Below are positions 46,499-55,164 of a stretch of DNA of 64,000 nucleotides, one piece after another. Location of the stretch: contig CABRZP010000003.1 of NCBI GenBank assembly GCA_902475545.1, forward strand, positions 72,422 to 136,421, given 5' to 3'. The DNA comes from an uncultured bacterium (lineage in GTDB: Bacteria; Cyanobacteriota; Vampirovibrionia; Gastranaerophilales; Gastranaerophilaceae). The notes below the pieces were generated by a model. It saw nothing but the letters and a program-made list of their open reading frames with translations. It did no database searches and was not told the DNA's origin. The stretch's first letter is position 1. The number at the start of each line of letters is the position of its first letter. Made by a program: the position numbers and the translations under genes.

Positions 46499-48055
46499 AT
46501 GTCAGAACAAATACAAGAATGGAAACCCTCTGTTAATCCATGGTTTATGATACTACCTGTAATGATTGCAACATTTATGTATGCATTAGATGAAACAGTT
46601 GCCAATGTTGCATTGCCACATATTGCCGGTTCATATTCGGTTAGTTCTCAGGAATCTATATGGGTTTTGACAAGTTATTTAATGGCGAGCAGTATTGTTA
46701 TTCCTATGATTGATTTTTTGTGTAGATTTTTAGGACGTAAAAACCTGTTTATGCTGGCTGTTTTCATTTTTACATTGGCTTCATTCTTGTGCGGAATTTC
46801 AAATTCTATTGGAATGATAGTACTGGCACGTGCAATGCAGGGTTTTGGCGGAGGCTGCTTAATGCCGATGGCTCAGGCTGTTACTATGGAAAGTTTTTCC
46901 GGCGAAGAAAGAAATAAAGCAATGGCTGTTTTTGGTATGGTTGTTGTAGTCGCCCCTATTTTAGGTCCAATTGTAGGTGGCTGGATTACTGAAAACTGGT
47001 CTTGGCCGTATATTTTCTTTATTAATATCCCTGTTGGATTTCTTTGTATTCTTTTAGCTAAAAAATTTCTGGAAGATCCTCCGTATGCAAAAAGACAGGC
47101 AAATACGCATCTTGATAAATTCGGATTTTTATGGCTTTGTGTTTGGTTAATTCCTTTGCAGATTGTGTTTGATAAAGGTAATGATGCTGATTGGTTTAAT
47201 GCTCCGTGGATTTGTAAATTATCAGCAGTAGCATTAATCGGTGCAATACTGTTCTTTTATTCACAAATCAAGGGACAGAATACTTTAGTAAAACTTGATG
47301 TATTAAAGGATAGAAATTATCTTTTCGGAACCGGTATGTTGATTCTAGTTAATGCCGTATTACTTGCCTCACTGGCAATTTTACCTCAAATGCTTCAATA
47401 CTTAATGGGTTATGACTCATTTTTAAGCGGATTGGCAATTGCACCTAGAGGTTTAGGTTCGCTTACAGCGTCTGTAATTTTTGGTTGTGTAGGTGGACGT
47501 ATAAGTTATCGTAATTATGGCTTGGTGGGTTTAACCTGTCTGGCTGCCGGAGGTTGGATGCTTGGATTGTTGAACTTACAAATAAATCCTATGAATATTG
47601 CAATTCCTAACTTTATATTTGGAATGGGACTTGTATTTTCATTTATGCCGATTACTACATTATCTTGTATAACTTTGAGGAATGACCAGATGACAAACGC
47701 ATCAGGTTTGCAAAATCTTTTAAAAACTATCGGCGGTGCTGTTGGAACTTCTCTTGTTGCTACAATGATTTCACGATTTTCACAGGTTCATCAAAACGGA
47801 CTTGTTAAAAATATGACAGAATTAAATCCTGCATTTTCAGAACGATTTCAAATGTATACAAGTTCATTTATTCATCAGGCAGGAGATATGATAAGTTCTG
47901 CTAATCTTGCAGGTAAAATGTTATATAATCAACTTATTCAGCAATCTACATTATGTGCATATATGACAACTTTTAAAGTTTTTGCAGTTGCCTGTTTTGT
48001 TTTAATTCCGTTTATGTTTTTATTAAAAGGAGAGACAAATAAAGTAGAGAAATAA
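46499..48055 (+). CDS. emrB: MFS DHA2 (EmrB/QacA) drug efflux permease, copy 1
   Basis: About 14 TMS. LDETVANVALPHIAGS and the RAMQGFGGG motif. Confidence 0.9.
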   Translation: MSEQIQEWKPSVNPWFMILPVMIATFMYALDETVANVALPHIAGSYSVSSQESIWVLTSYLMASSIVIPMIDFLCRFLGRKNLFMLAVFIFTLASFLCGISNSIGMIVLARAMQGFGGGCLMPMAQAVTMESFSGEERNKAMAVFGMVVVVAPILGPIVGGWITENWSWPYIFFINIPVGFLCILLAKKFLEDPPYAKRQANTHLDKFGFLWLCVWLIPLQIVFDKGNDADWFNAPWICKLSAVALIGAILFFYSQIKGQNTLVKLDVLKDRNYLFGTGMLILVNAVLLASLAILPQMLQYLMGYDSFLSGLAIAPRGLGSLTASVIFGCVGGRISYRNYGLVGLTCLAAGGWMLGLLNLQINPMNIAIPNFIFGMGLVFSFMPITTLSCITLRNDQMTNASGLQNLLKTIGGAVGTSLVATMISRFSQVHQNGLVKNMTELNPAFSERFQMYTSSFIHQAGDMISSANLAGKMLYNQLIQQSTLCAYMTTFKVFAVACFVLIPFMFLLKGETNKVEK

Positions 48056-48059
48056 TATT

Positions 48060-49625
48060 ATGGAAAAAGAAAACATTATACAACCCGATGATGATAGCAA
48101 ATATTTGCCCGATAACCCATGGATTTCAGCAATCCCAACAATGCTTGCAGTATTTATCTATGTACTGGACGGGACAATTGCGAATGTAGCTTTGCCGCAT
48201 ATGGCAGGAAGTTTTTCGGCTACACGTGATGAGAGTATGTGGATTTTAACAAGTTACTTAATTGCAAGTGGGGTTATTATTCCATCAGTAGATTTTTTTA
48301 GTAAACTTTTTGGCCGAAAAAACTTTTTTGTAATTAGTATATTACTGTTTACACTTGCTTCTATGCTTTGCGGAATGGCACAAAACCTTGGTCAAATGGT
48401 TCTGTTCAGAATTTTGCAAGGTGCAGGCGGCGGTGGAATTTTGCCTATTTCTCAAGCTATTATGATGGAAAGTTTTCCTAAAGAAAAACGCGGAACCGCA
48501 ATGGCTATTTTTGGTATGGGTATTATTGTTGCCCCAATTGTAGGTCCTGTTTTAGGCGGCTGGATTACGGATAACTGGACTTGGCCGTGGATTTTTTATA
48601 TAAATGTTCCATTTGGATGTCTCGCTGCAATTTTATCTCAAAAACTTTTATTCAATCCACCTTATTCTCATCGTCAAAAAGGTGTAAAGATTGATGGTGT
48701 TGGATTTTTCTTTCTTGCGGTTTGGTTATTATGCCTACAAGTATTTTTCGATAAAGGTAATAATGCCGATTGGTTTAATGCAACTTGGATTTGTTGGTTA
48801 TTCGGAGTGTCTTGTGTTTCAGGTATATGTTTCTTTATTTCACAAATAGTAAGAAAAAATACTCTTGTTGACTTAAGCGTATTTAAAGATAGAAATTTTA
48901 TTATTGGGACATTTATACAAGTAATTATGCAAGCTGTTCTATATGCATCACTTGCAATTCTTCCGCAATTTTTACAAAGTATGATGGGATATACTGCATT
49001 TTTAAGCGGTTTTTCAATGATGCCTCGCGGAGTAGGGTGTATGACCGCAACGGTTATTTGTGCAATAATTGCGGATAAAGTCGATAAAAGAGCTTTGACC
49101 GGAGTTGGATTATTTTTACTTGGGGTTGCAGGTATAATACTAGGATTTTTAAATTTACAAATATCAAATATTAATATTATGATTCCAAACTTTATTATGG
49201 GACTGGGAATGGGACTTTCTTTTGTACCTATAATTAACTTATCTATGGAAACAATGTCTAATGTTCAAATGACAAATGCGACAGGTCTTCAAAACTTGTT
49301 AAAAAACATTGGAAGTGCTATTGGTACTTCACTTGTTGCTACAATGATTACAAGATTCGGACAAATGCATCAATTCATGATGGTTGGAAAACTAAACGAT
49401 CTAAATCCGATATTTGTTGAAAGAGTTCAAACAACAACAGCAGCACTTTCACAGTATGCACATATTACCGTTGCGAAACACATGGCTGAATATTCACAAT
49501 ATGGAACACTATTAAAACAATCCAGCCTTTGGGCATTTATGGATTCTTTCAGAATATTCGGTGTTTTATGCTTTTTACTAATTCCGCTATTATTGTTATT
49601 TAAAAAGAATAATGAATCAAAATAA
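48060..49625 (+). CDS. emrB: MFS DHA2 (EmrB/QacA) drug efflux permease, copy 2 (tandem paralog)
   Basis: Collinear with copy 1 (LDGTIANVALPHMAGS, RILQGAGGG, NADWFNA shared). Confidence 0.9.
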   Translation: MEKENIIQPDDDSKYLPDNPWISAIPTMLAVFIYVLDGTIANVALPHMAGSFSATRDESMWILTSYLIASGVIIPSVDFFSKLFGRKNFFVISILLFTLASMLCGMAQNLGQMVLFRILQGAGGGGILPISQAIMMESFPKEKRGTAMAIFGMGIIVAPIVGPVLGGWITDNWTWPWIFYINVPFGCLAAILSQKLLFNPPYSHRQKGVKIDGVGFFFLAVWLLCLQVFFDKGNNADWFNATWICWLFGVSCVSGICFFISQIVRKNTLVDLSVFKDRNFIIGTFIQVIMQAVLYASLAILPQFLQSMMGYTAFLSGFSMMPRGVGCMTATVICAIIADKVDKRALTGVGLFLLGVAGIILGFLNLQISNINIMIPNFIMGLGMGLSFVPIINLSMETMSNVQMTNATGLQNLLKNIGSAIGTSLVATMITRFGQMHQFMMVGKLNDLNPIFVERVQTTTAALSQYAHITVAKHMAEYSQYGTLLKQSSLWAFMDSFRIFGVLCFLLIPLLLLFKKNNESK

Positions 49626-49678
49626 ATATTTTTATGATAAAATTACAATCAGTACTTTATTAAATATACAGGTTCTGA

Positions 49679-51301
49679 GTGAAAAACAAAAAATATTTAT
49701 CAACAATAAAAGGGGATTTATTTGGAGCAATTATAGCTACAATAATTGCATTTCCACAAGCTCTGGCTTTTGGAGTTGCTTCGGGAATGGGAGCATCTGC
49801 AGGTATCTGGGGAGCAATTATTTTATCATTTATTGCAGGAATTTTAGGCTGTAATTTGCCTATAATATCCGGTCCGACAGGTCCGACTGCAATTATTGTA
49901 GCTCTTGTCATAAGCAGCGTTAACGGAAATCTTGCCAATGTTATTCCGATTTTGATAATGGCAGCAATTTTCCAACTTGTTATATCAATTACTGATATTC
50001 CTAAAATGATAAAATATGTTCCATATCCGGTAATTTCCGGATTTTTGACAGGTATTGGACTTATTATTATTATTTTACAATTATCACCATTACTTGGAGG
50101 TATAACTTATTCTTCAACACTAAAAGCCATATTATCATATCCGCATTTATTTACACACATAAATTATCAAGCTTTAATTCTAGGTATAGGAACACTGGTA
50201 TTATTATTTTTCACACCAAAAGTTATTACTAAATATATTCCTTCACAGTTATTAGCGTTAATAATAATGACCGCTTGTGCATATTATTTCGGATTGGATG
50301 TAGAAAGAGTTTCAGGTGTAACCTTCAACTTGCCTCATGCATATTTCCCTCACTTTACAATGGAAAACTTCACCAGAGATATCCCAATTGCGTTAACACT
50401 GGCATTTATTGCAACAAGTGAAGGTTTACTTACAGGTATAATAATGGATTCTCTTGTTAAGGTAAAACATAACTCAAAACGCCTTGTTGCATCTCAAGGG
50501 ATAGGTAATTTATTTTGTGCTATTACAGGTTCAATGTATGGAACAGCGGCAACTATGCGAAGTGTTGCGGCAGTTAAAGCAGGAGCTCTTACACGAACAT
50601 CGGCAATTATTTCGTCTTTAATAATGACTCTTGTATTATTTAAGTTCACAGGATTCATTACCCAAATCCCAATATGTGTCCTTTCAGCTATCCTAATAAA
50701 AATAGGTTATGATATTCTTGACATTAAAGTTTTAAAGGTCTTAAAATATGCCCCTAAAGATGATTTGTATGTTTTATTAACAGTACTTGGGTTGACAGTG
50801 TTTTACAATCTTATATTTGCACTGGGAACAGGAATAGTTCTAGCAGCACTTTTATACGCAAAAAGAATTGCAGATAACACTAATATCAGAACTAATATAT
50901 ACAATCCGGCAGCATATACGTCACTGGAAACGAAAGTAGAAAGAGAATCTCATTATAAAATAAGAATTTTACATATAGACGGACAATTTTTCTTTGGTTC
51001 AATCACACAGATTGTATCTCATTTTGATGAAATGCTGGAAACTGAATATATCATATTAAATTATTCTTCAAATTCCGAACTGGATATGTCTGCAATTTTC
51101 GCTCTGGAAGATATTATTGTCAGATTACAGGCTCAAAAAATCAAATTGTTTTTAGTAATTCCGAGCGAAAAAGTTTATAATCAGGTTCGCTCGCTTGAAA
51201 TTATATCCCAAATTGGTCAGGATGCTTTGTTTAATGAAGAAACTGATGCAATTAACACAGCAATTATAGAAACACATTTAGAAAAAATTATTGAAGAATA
51301 A
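49679..51301 (+). CDS. SulP family anion transporter with a C-terminal STAS domain
   Basis: GDLFGAIIATIIAFPQALAFGVASG, many TM segments. The C-terminal IRILHIDGQFFFGS...LDMSAIFALEDI matches a STAS domain. Confidence 0.88.
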   Translation: MKNKKYLSTIKGDLFGAIIATIIAFPQALAFGVASGMGASAGIWGAIILSFIAGILGCNLPIISGPTGPTAIIVALVISSVNGNLANVIPILIMAAIFQLVISITDIPKMIKYVPYPVISGFLTGIGLIIIILQLSPLLGGITYSSTLKAILSYPHLFTHINYQALILGIGTLVLLFFTPKVITKYIPSQLLALIIMTACAYYFGLDVERVSGVTFNLPHAYFPHFTMENFTRDIPIALTLAFIATSEGLLTGIIMDSLVKVKHNSKRLVASQGIGNLFCAITGSMYGTAATMRSVAAVKAGALTRTSAIISSLIMTLVLFKFTGFITQIPICVLSAILIKIGYDILDIKVLKVLKYAPKDDLYVLLTVLGLTVFYNLIFALGTGIVLAALLYAKRIADNTNIRTNIYNPAAYTSLETKVERESHYKIRILHIDGQFFFGSITQIVSHFDEMLETEYIILNYSSNSELDMSAIFALEDIIVRLQAQKIKLFLVIPSEKVYNQVRSLEIISQIGQDALFNEETDAINTAIIETHLEKIIEE

Positions 51302-51360
51302 TCTAAAGCAAGGATTTATATACATGTTTACACCAAATATGTTCTAAACGTAGACATAAT

Positions 51361-51426
51361 GTCATTCCGAAATTGTTTCGGAATCTCATGGATGTTAGAC
51401 CCTGAAACAAGTTCAGGGTGACAGTT
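51361..51426. repeat. Double-hairpin dispersed repeat, copy B
   Basis: ATTCCGAAATTGTTTCGGAAT (51364-51384) and ACCCTGAAACAAGTTCAGGGT (51399-51419). Shares GTYATYCYGAA..TTCRGRATCTC and TTCAGRRTGACA strings with copy A at 20881-20960. Confidence 0.6.
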
Positions 51427-51517
51427 TTGGCAAATTTCAGTGTAAAGTTGTATATAAGTTCTCTAAATCAGGGCTTGTTTTTCATATATTGGAGTGCTAT
51501 CATAAAGTTATTAACAA

Positions 51518-51588
51518 TCCCGGATCGTCTAGTGGCAGGACGAAAGATTCTGGCTCTTTTAACGGTGGTTCGAATCCATCTCCGGGAG
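51518..51588 (+). tRNA. tRNA-Gln (anticodon CTG)
   Basis: Hand-folded. Acceptor TCCCGGA/TCCGGGA (U1-A72 as in bacterial tRNA-Gln), anticodon stem AAAGA/TCTTT with loop TTCTGGC, T arm GGTGG-TTCGAAT-CCATC. Confidence 0.85.
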
Positions 51589-51593
51589 AATTT

Positions 51594-51615
51594 AAAGACA
51601 CTTTTAGGTGTCTTT
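51594..51615 (+). terminator. Terminator-like hairpin after tRNA-Gln
   Basis: AAAGACAC-TTTTA-GGTGTCTTT. Confidence 0.55.
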
Positions 51616-51736
51616 CTTAGTATGGAGAGTCTTCGAACACAGAAAGTTTTTCGTATAACTCAAAACTTTCGTGGTTTTACCCTCGAAGGGTACCCTCATC
51701 AGTAAGGCTCGTGCTTCTCGCCAACTGCTGAGCTGA

Positions 51737-51752
51737 AATCCATCTCCGGGAG
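51737..51752 (+). repeat. 16-bp direct repeat of the tRNA-Gln 3' end (att-like scar)
   Basis: AATCCATCTCCGGGAG at 51737-51752 is identical to 51573-51588 (T-loop and acceptor 3' strand of tRNA-Gln). Confidence 0.7.
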
Positions 51753-51863
51753 TTTTTAAGATTTTAGCTTGATATTATATCTTCAAATAATCAGCAAATC
51801 TATTTCCATAAAAGTTCCTGAAAAATAATTTATTATAAAATATTCTTTTGCTATACTTATATT

Positions 51864-52397
51864 ATGGGAATTTCACCAAACATAAATCAATATATTGAAA
51901 AATCTAAATTGAACGGCAAACTATGCAAATGGAATAAAAGTATTGTTAATATTTTTATAACCCCTATTTCTGCTCCAATTACTAATAAAAACTTTTACTA
52001 TTCCGAGATAGAACGAGCAATTTCTCTCTGGAACAAAACCTTAAAACAATGTTGTATTAATGTACAATTTAATTTGATAACAAATGCAGCCGGTGCAGAT
52101 ATTGTTATTCATTGGACAAAAGTCGGAAGAGTCTTTGAAGGAATGTGCAAGTATCCTTCAATTATTAATGGTGAATTTCGTAAAATTTCTATTGATATTG
52201 GTTTGCAAAACGAATTTTCAGGTAAAAACACTACTGATGAAAGTATATTTTTTGTAATAATGCATGAACTCGGACACTCTCTTGGATTAGGACATGGGAT
52301 AGATATAGATGATTTAATGTTCGTACCTCATCAAAAAAATATCGTTCAACCATCAGAAAATGACTTATATGTTTTAAAAACGATTTACAATATTTAA
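51864..52397 (+). CDS. Matrixin-like zinc metalloprotease (peptidase M10 type HExxHxxGxxH)
   Basis: FFVIMHELGHSLGLGHGIDIDDLMF contains the full HEXXHXXGXXH motif and a Met-turn candidate. No obvious signal peptide. Confidence 0.75.
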   Translation: MGISPNINQYIEKSKLNGKLCKWNKSIVNIFITPISAPITNKNFYYSEIERAISLWNKTLKQCCINVQFNLITNAAGADIVIHWTKVGRVFEGMCKYPSIINGEFRKISIDIGLQNEFSGKNTTDESIFFVIMHELGHSLGLGHGIDIDDLMFVPHQKNIVQPSENDLYVLKTIYNI

Positions 52398-52475
52398 CCC
52401 CCCTGTTTTGTTTGTGATAATATAAGTTTGTCTACGGATAAAAATTTTATTTTGAAATAAGGGAAAGAGTTTAAT

Positions 52476-53474
52476 ATGGGATTAATAGTATCGGATGAGA
52501 AAGCGAAAAAATCTTTTATTAGTAAAGATGAAGAGGGTCTCCACTATATATTTAACATTTTGGGCTTAAAAATAACTATTTCTAATTTTACAAAAGCTGA
52601 TAGAATTAAAATTATTCTTCATAAACAAAATGATGTTGCTGATTATTTGATACATAATTATATAAATAAGTATTTGAATAATTATATTCCGAAAATAGAA
52701 GTTAAAACGAAAAAAGATTTAAAAACAGATAAAATCATATGGCAATATTGGGGACAAGGCTTTGAAAATCTGCCTGAAGTAGTTAAGGTATGTTATAAAT
52801 CTGTAGACAGATATAAAAATGATTATATAGTTATTAGATTAACAGATGATACTATTGATGAGTATATAGATATTCCTGATTTTATTTATAAAAAGTTTAA
52901 AGAAAATAATAGTTTTAAAAGAGCATTTTTTTCTGATATAATAAGGCTTTATTTGTTGTCTGCTTATGGTGGAATTTGGATTGATTCAACAATTTACCTA
53001 ACAGAACCTATTCCAAACAATTTATCAAATAAAGATTTTTTTATGTTTCAACGGGATTTAAATGAAACAAATCCTGAGTTTTGGGTAAAACAGGATTATA
53101 GATATTTTGGCTTTACGAAAGATTTTAAAGTTAATTCTTTGAATAGCTTTATGATATCAAAACCTCAAAACTTATTAATAAACGCATTGAAAGATATACT
53201 TACCCAGTATTGGAAAGATGAAGATTTTTTCCAATATTACTATTTATTTCAAATATTATTTAATGAATTGATAAATACTCCGGAATATAAAAATTTAAAT
53301 TGTGAAATTATTAGTGATACGTTGCCACATTTATTGCAGGTATACAGAAATAATAAATACTCCGAACAATTATGGAATAAAATAAAAAAATCAAGTTTTA
53401 TGCATAAATTAAAATATTATTCAAAATGCAAAAAGAACTCAATATTAGAGAAAATTATACAGGGAGAAGACTAA
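52476..53474 (+). CDS. Capsular polysaccharide synthesis / GT32-like glycosyltransferase
   Basis: IIWQYWGQG and FFSDIIRLYLLSAYGGIWIDSTIYL fit the Caps_synth / Gly_transf_sug pattern. Confidence 0.75.
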   Translation: MGLIVSDEKAKKSFISKDEEGLHYIFNILGLKITISNFTKADRIKIILHKQNDVADYLIHNYINKYLNNYIPKIEVKTKKDLKTDKIIWQYWGQGFENLPEVVKVCYKSVDRYKNDYIVIRLTDDTIDEYIDIPDFIYKKFKENNSFKRAFFSDIIRLYLLSAYGGIWIDSTIYLTEPIPNNLSNKDFFMFQRDLNETNPEFWVKQDYRYFGFTKDFKVNSLNSFMISKPQNLLINALKDILTQYWKDEDFFQYYYLFQILFNELINTPEYKNLNCEIISDTLPHLLQVYRNNKYSEQLWNKIKKSSFMHKLKYYSKCKKNSILEKIIQGED

Positions 53475-54329
53475 ATGAAAATAGCTGTTTTATATATTGC
53501 AACCGGTAGATATAGTATATTTTGGGATGATTTCTATACATCTTGTGAAAATTATTTTCTAAAGAAACATGAAAAAACATATTTTGTTTTTACTGATGAT
53601 GAAAATATTAAAGACAAAGAAAATATAAGAAAGATTTATCAAAAAAAATTAGGTTGGCCTTATGACACAATGATGCGTTTTGATATGTTTTTAACACTGG
53701 AAAAAGAATTAATAGATTACGATTATATTTTCTTTTTTAATGCAAATACAAAATTTTTATCTGATGTAAATGAAGAAATACTACCGGATGAAGCACACGA
53801 TGGACTTGCCACCGCATCGCATCATGCATTTTATGATAAAAATCCGGATGACTATACATATGACAGAAATCCACTTTCAACAGCTTATATACCTTTTGGA
53901 GAAGGAAGTCATTATGCCACCGGAGCACTGAATGGAGGAATAAGTAAAAATTATTTAGATATGTGTAAAAAATGCAGCGAAAATGTTCACACTGATTTGG
54001 ATAATAATGTAATTGCATTATGGCATGATGAAAGTCATTTAAATAAGTATTTATTAGATAAAAACCCTCTTATTATGCCGGTTAATTATTTGTATCCGGA
54101 AACATCAAAAAAAAGAAGTAAATGGAACAAACCGAATGAGTTTAGCAAAGATATAAAAATACTTTCTGTAGATAAGACAAAACCTCAATATGGCGGGCAT
54201 GATTACTTAAGAGGAGCAGAAAATAATAGTTTTCTTAAAAATATTTTTTCTATATATGACTCTACTAAAGGCAATCATAAAATATTAAGAATATTCGGTC
54301 TTAAAATTAGTTTTAAATCTCCAAAATAG
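53475..54329 (+). CDS. Family 6 glycosyltransferase (histo-blood-group A/B transferase homolog, bacterial NXN type)
   Basis: TYDRNPLSTAYIPFGEGSHYATGALNGG and VIALWHDESHLNKYLL align with mammalian GTA/GTB [25 protein letters not shown] and IEAVWHDESHLNKYLL. N89-A90-N91 (53739-53747) replaces the DXD motif. Confidence 0.88.
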   Translation: MKIAVLYIATGRYSIFWDDFYTSCENYFLKKHEKTYFVFTDDENIKDKENIRKIYQKKLGWPYDTMMRFDMFLTLEKELIDYDYIFFFNANTKFLSDVNEEILPDEAHDGLATASHHAFYDKNPDDYTYDRNPLSTAYIPFGEGSHYATGALNGGISKNYLDMCKKCSENVHTDLDNNVIALWHDESHLNKYLLDKNPLIMPVNYLYPETSKKRSKWNKPNEFSKDIKILSVDKTKPQYGGHDYLRGAENNSFLKNIFSIYDSTKGNHKILRIFGLKISFKSPK

Positions 54330-54338
54330 TCTAAATTT

Positions 54339-55052
54339 TTAAAAACGATTTACAATATCTAGATATTTAAAATCAAGATTACCGCCGCAACGACCAATAC
54401 CATCTTGGGTTACATCTATGGAATATGCACCCAATTCTGCAGCCTTCAAGCTGTTTTGTAATGCAAATCCGGAATTATTATGACCATGAAAGCTTATTTT
54501 TTCAAATCCTAATATTTTTAATTTATTGAAATATTTTTCAGTTTCATCAGGAGTAATTGTTCCGTAACTATCTGCAAAATATAAACTTTCAAGGATACTT
54601 TTTTTATCCCAGCTATACAAATTTATATAACCATCTGCACCTACATTGGAAATGTCCATTAATTGTACAAAAACTTTATAATTTCGTTCATATAAGAATT
54701 CAGCGATATTAAGAGTATCTTGAATTCTGTCAGGATGACAAGCAACACGAACAAAGTCAATAAAATCATTATTTACTCCAGAAAAATCTTTTTCTGAAAA
54801 TCTCTTTGTATCAACCATAACTCCAAGTTGCAACTGTCCTTTAGCTCGGTAAAAAGTTTCTAACATTTCCGGCGTACAATTGTAAAAACGTCCTTTATTA
54901 TCAGTATCATAATGATTTCTATAACCAATTTCATAATAACTCACGTTATAATTATTTAGTTTTTCCATTAGAGAGAGGACAAATTTATCATCAAATTCCC
55001 AGTTAGTAGTATGTCCGCCATCTCTGGTTGTACAATCTAAAATTTTTACCAT
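54339..55052 (-). CDS. HMGL-like / DRE-TIM aldolase-family protein
   Basis: VKILDCTTRDGGHTTNWEF is the pyruvate-carboxyltransferase / 4-hydroxy-2-oxovalerate-aldolase type N-terminal motif. HGHNN appears later in the protein. Confidence 0.7.
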   Translation of the reverse strand: MVKILDCTTRDGGHTTNWEFDDKFVLSLMEKLNNYNVSYYEIGYRNHYDTDNKGRFYNCTPEMLETFYRAKGQLQLGVMVDTKRFSEKDFSGVNNDFIDFVRVACHPDRIQDTLNIAEFLYERNYKVFVQLMDISNVGADGYINLYSWDKKSILESLYFADSYGTITPDETEKYFNKLKILGFEKISFHGHNNSGFALQNSLKAAELGAYSIDVTQDGIGRCGGNLDFKYLDIVNRF

Positions 55053-55164
55053 AGCTGTATTTTATCATAAATTATTAAATCTTTTTACTAAATGATGTAC
55101 CTGATTGGATAATTTATTTTGATTTTTTGAAAGATAACATGAATTTAGTTGAGAGGAGTATTTT

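Noticed and set aside
49612-49938. ORFs 49612-49854 (+) and 49660-49938 (-) at the start of the SulP gene
   Set aside because: They overlap the SulP reading frame, whose N-terminal GDLFGAIIATIIAFPQALAFG motif is diagnostic.
51418-51705. 95-aa ORF spanning tRNA-Gln
   Set aside because: It overlaps a well-folded tRNA and its terminator, has no RBS, and its sequence is implausible for a protein.
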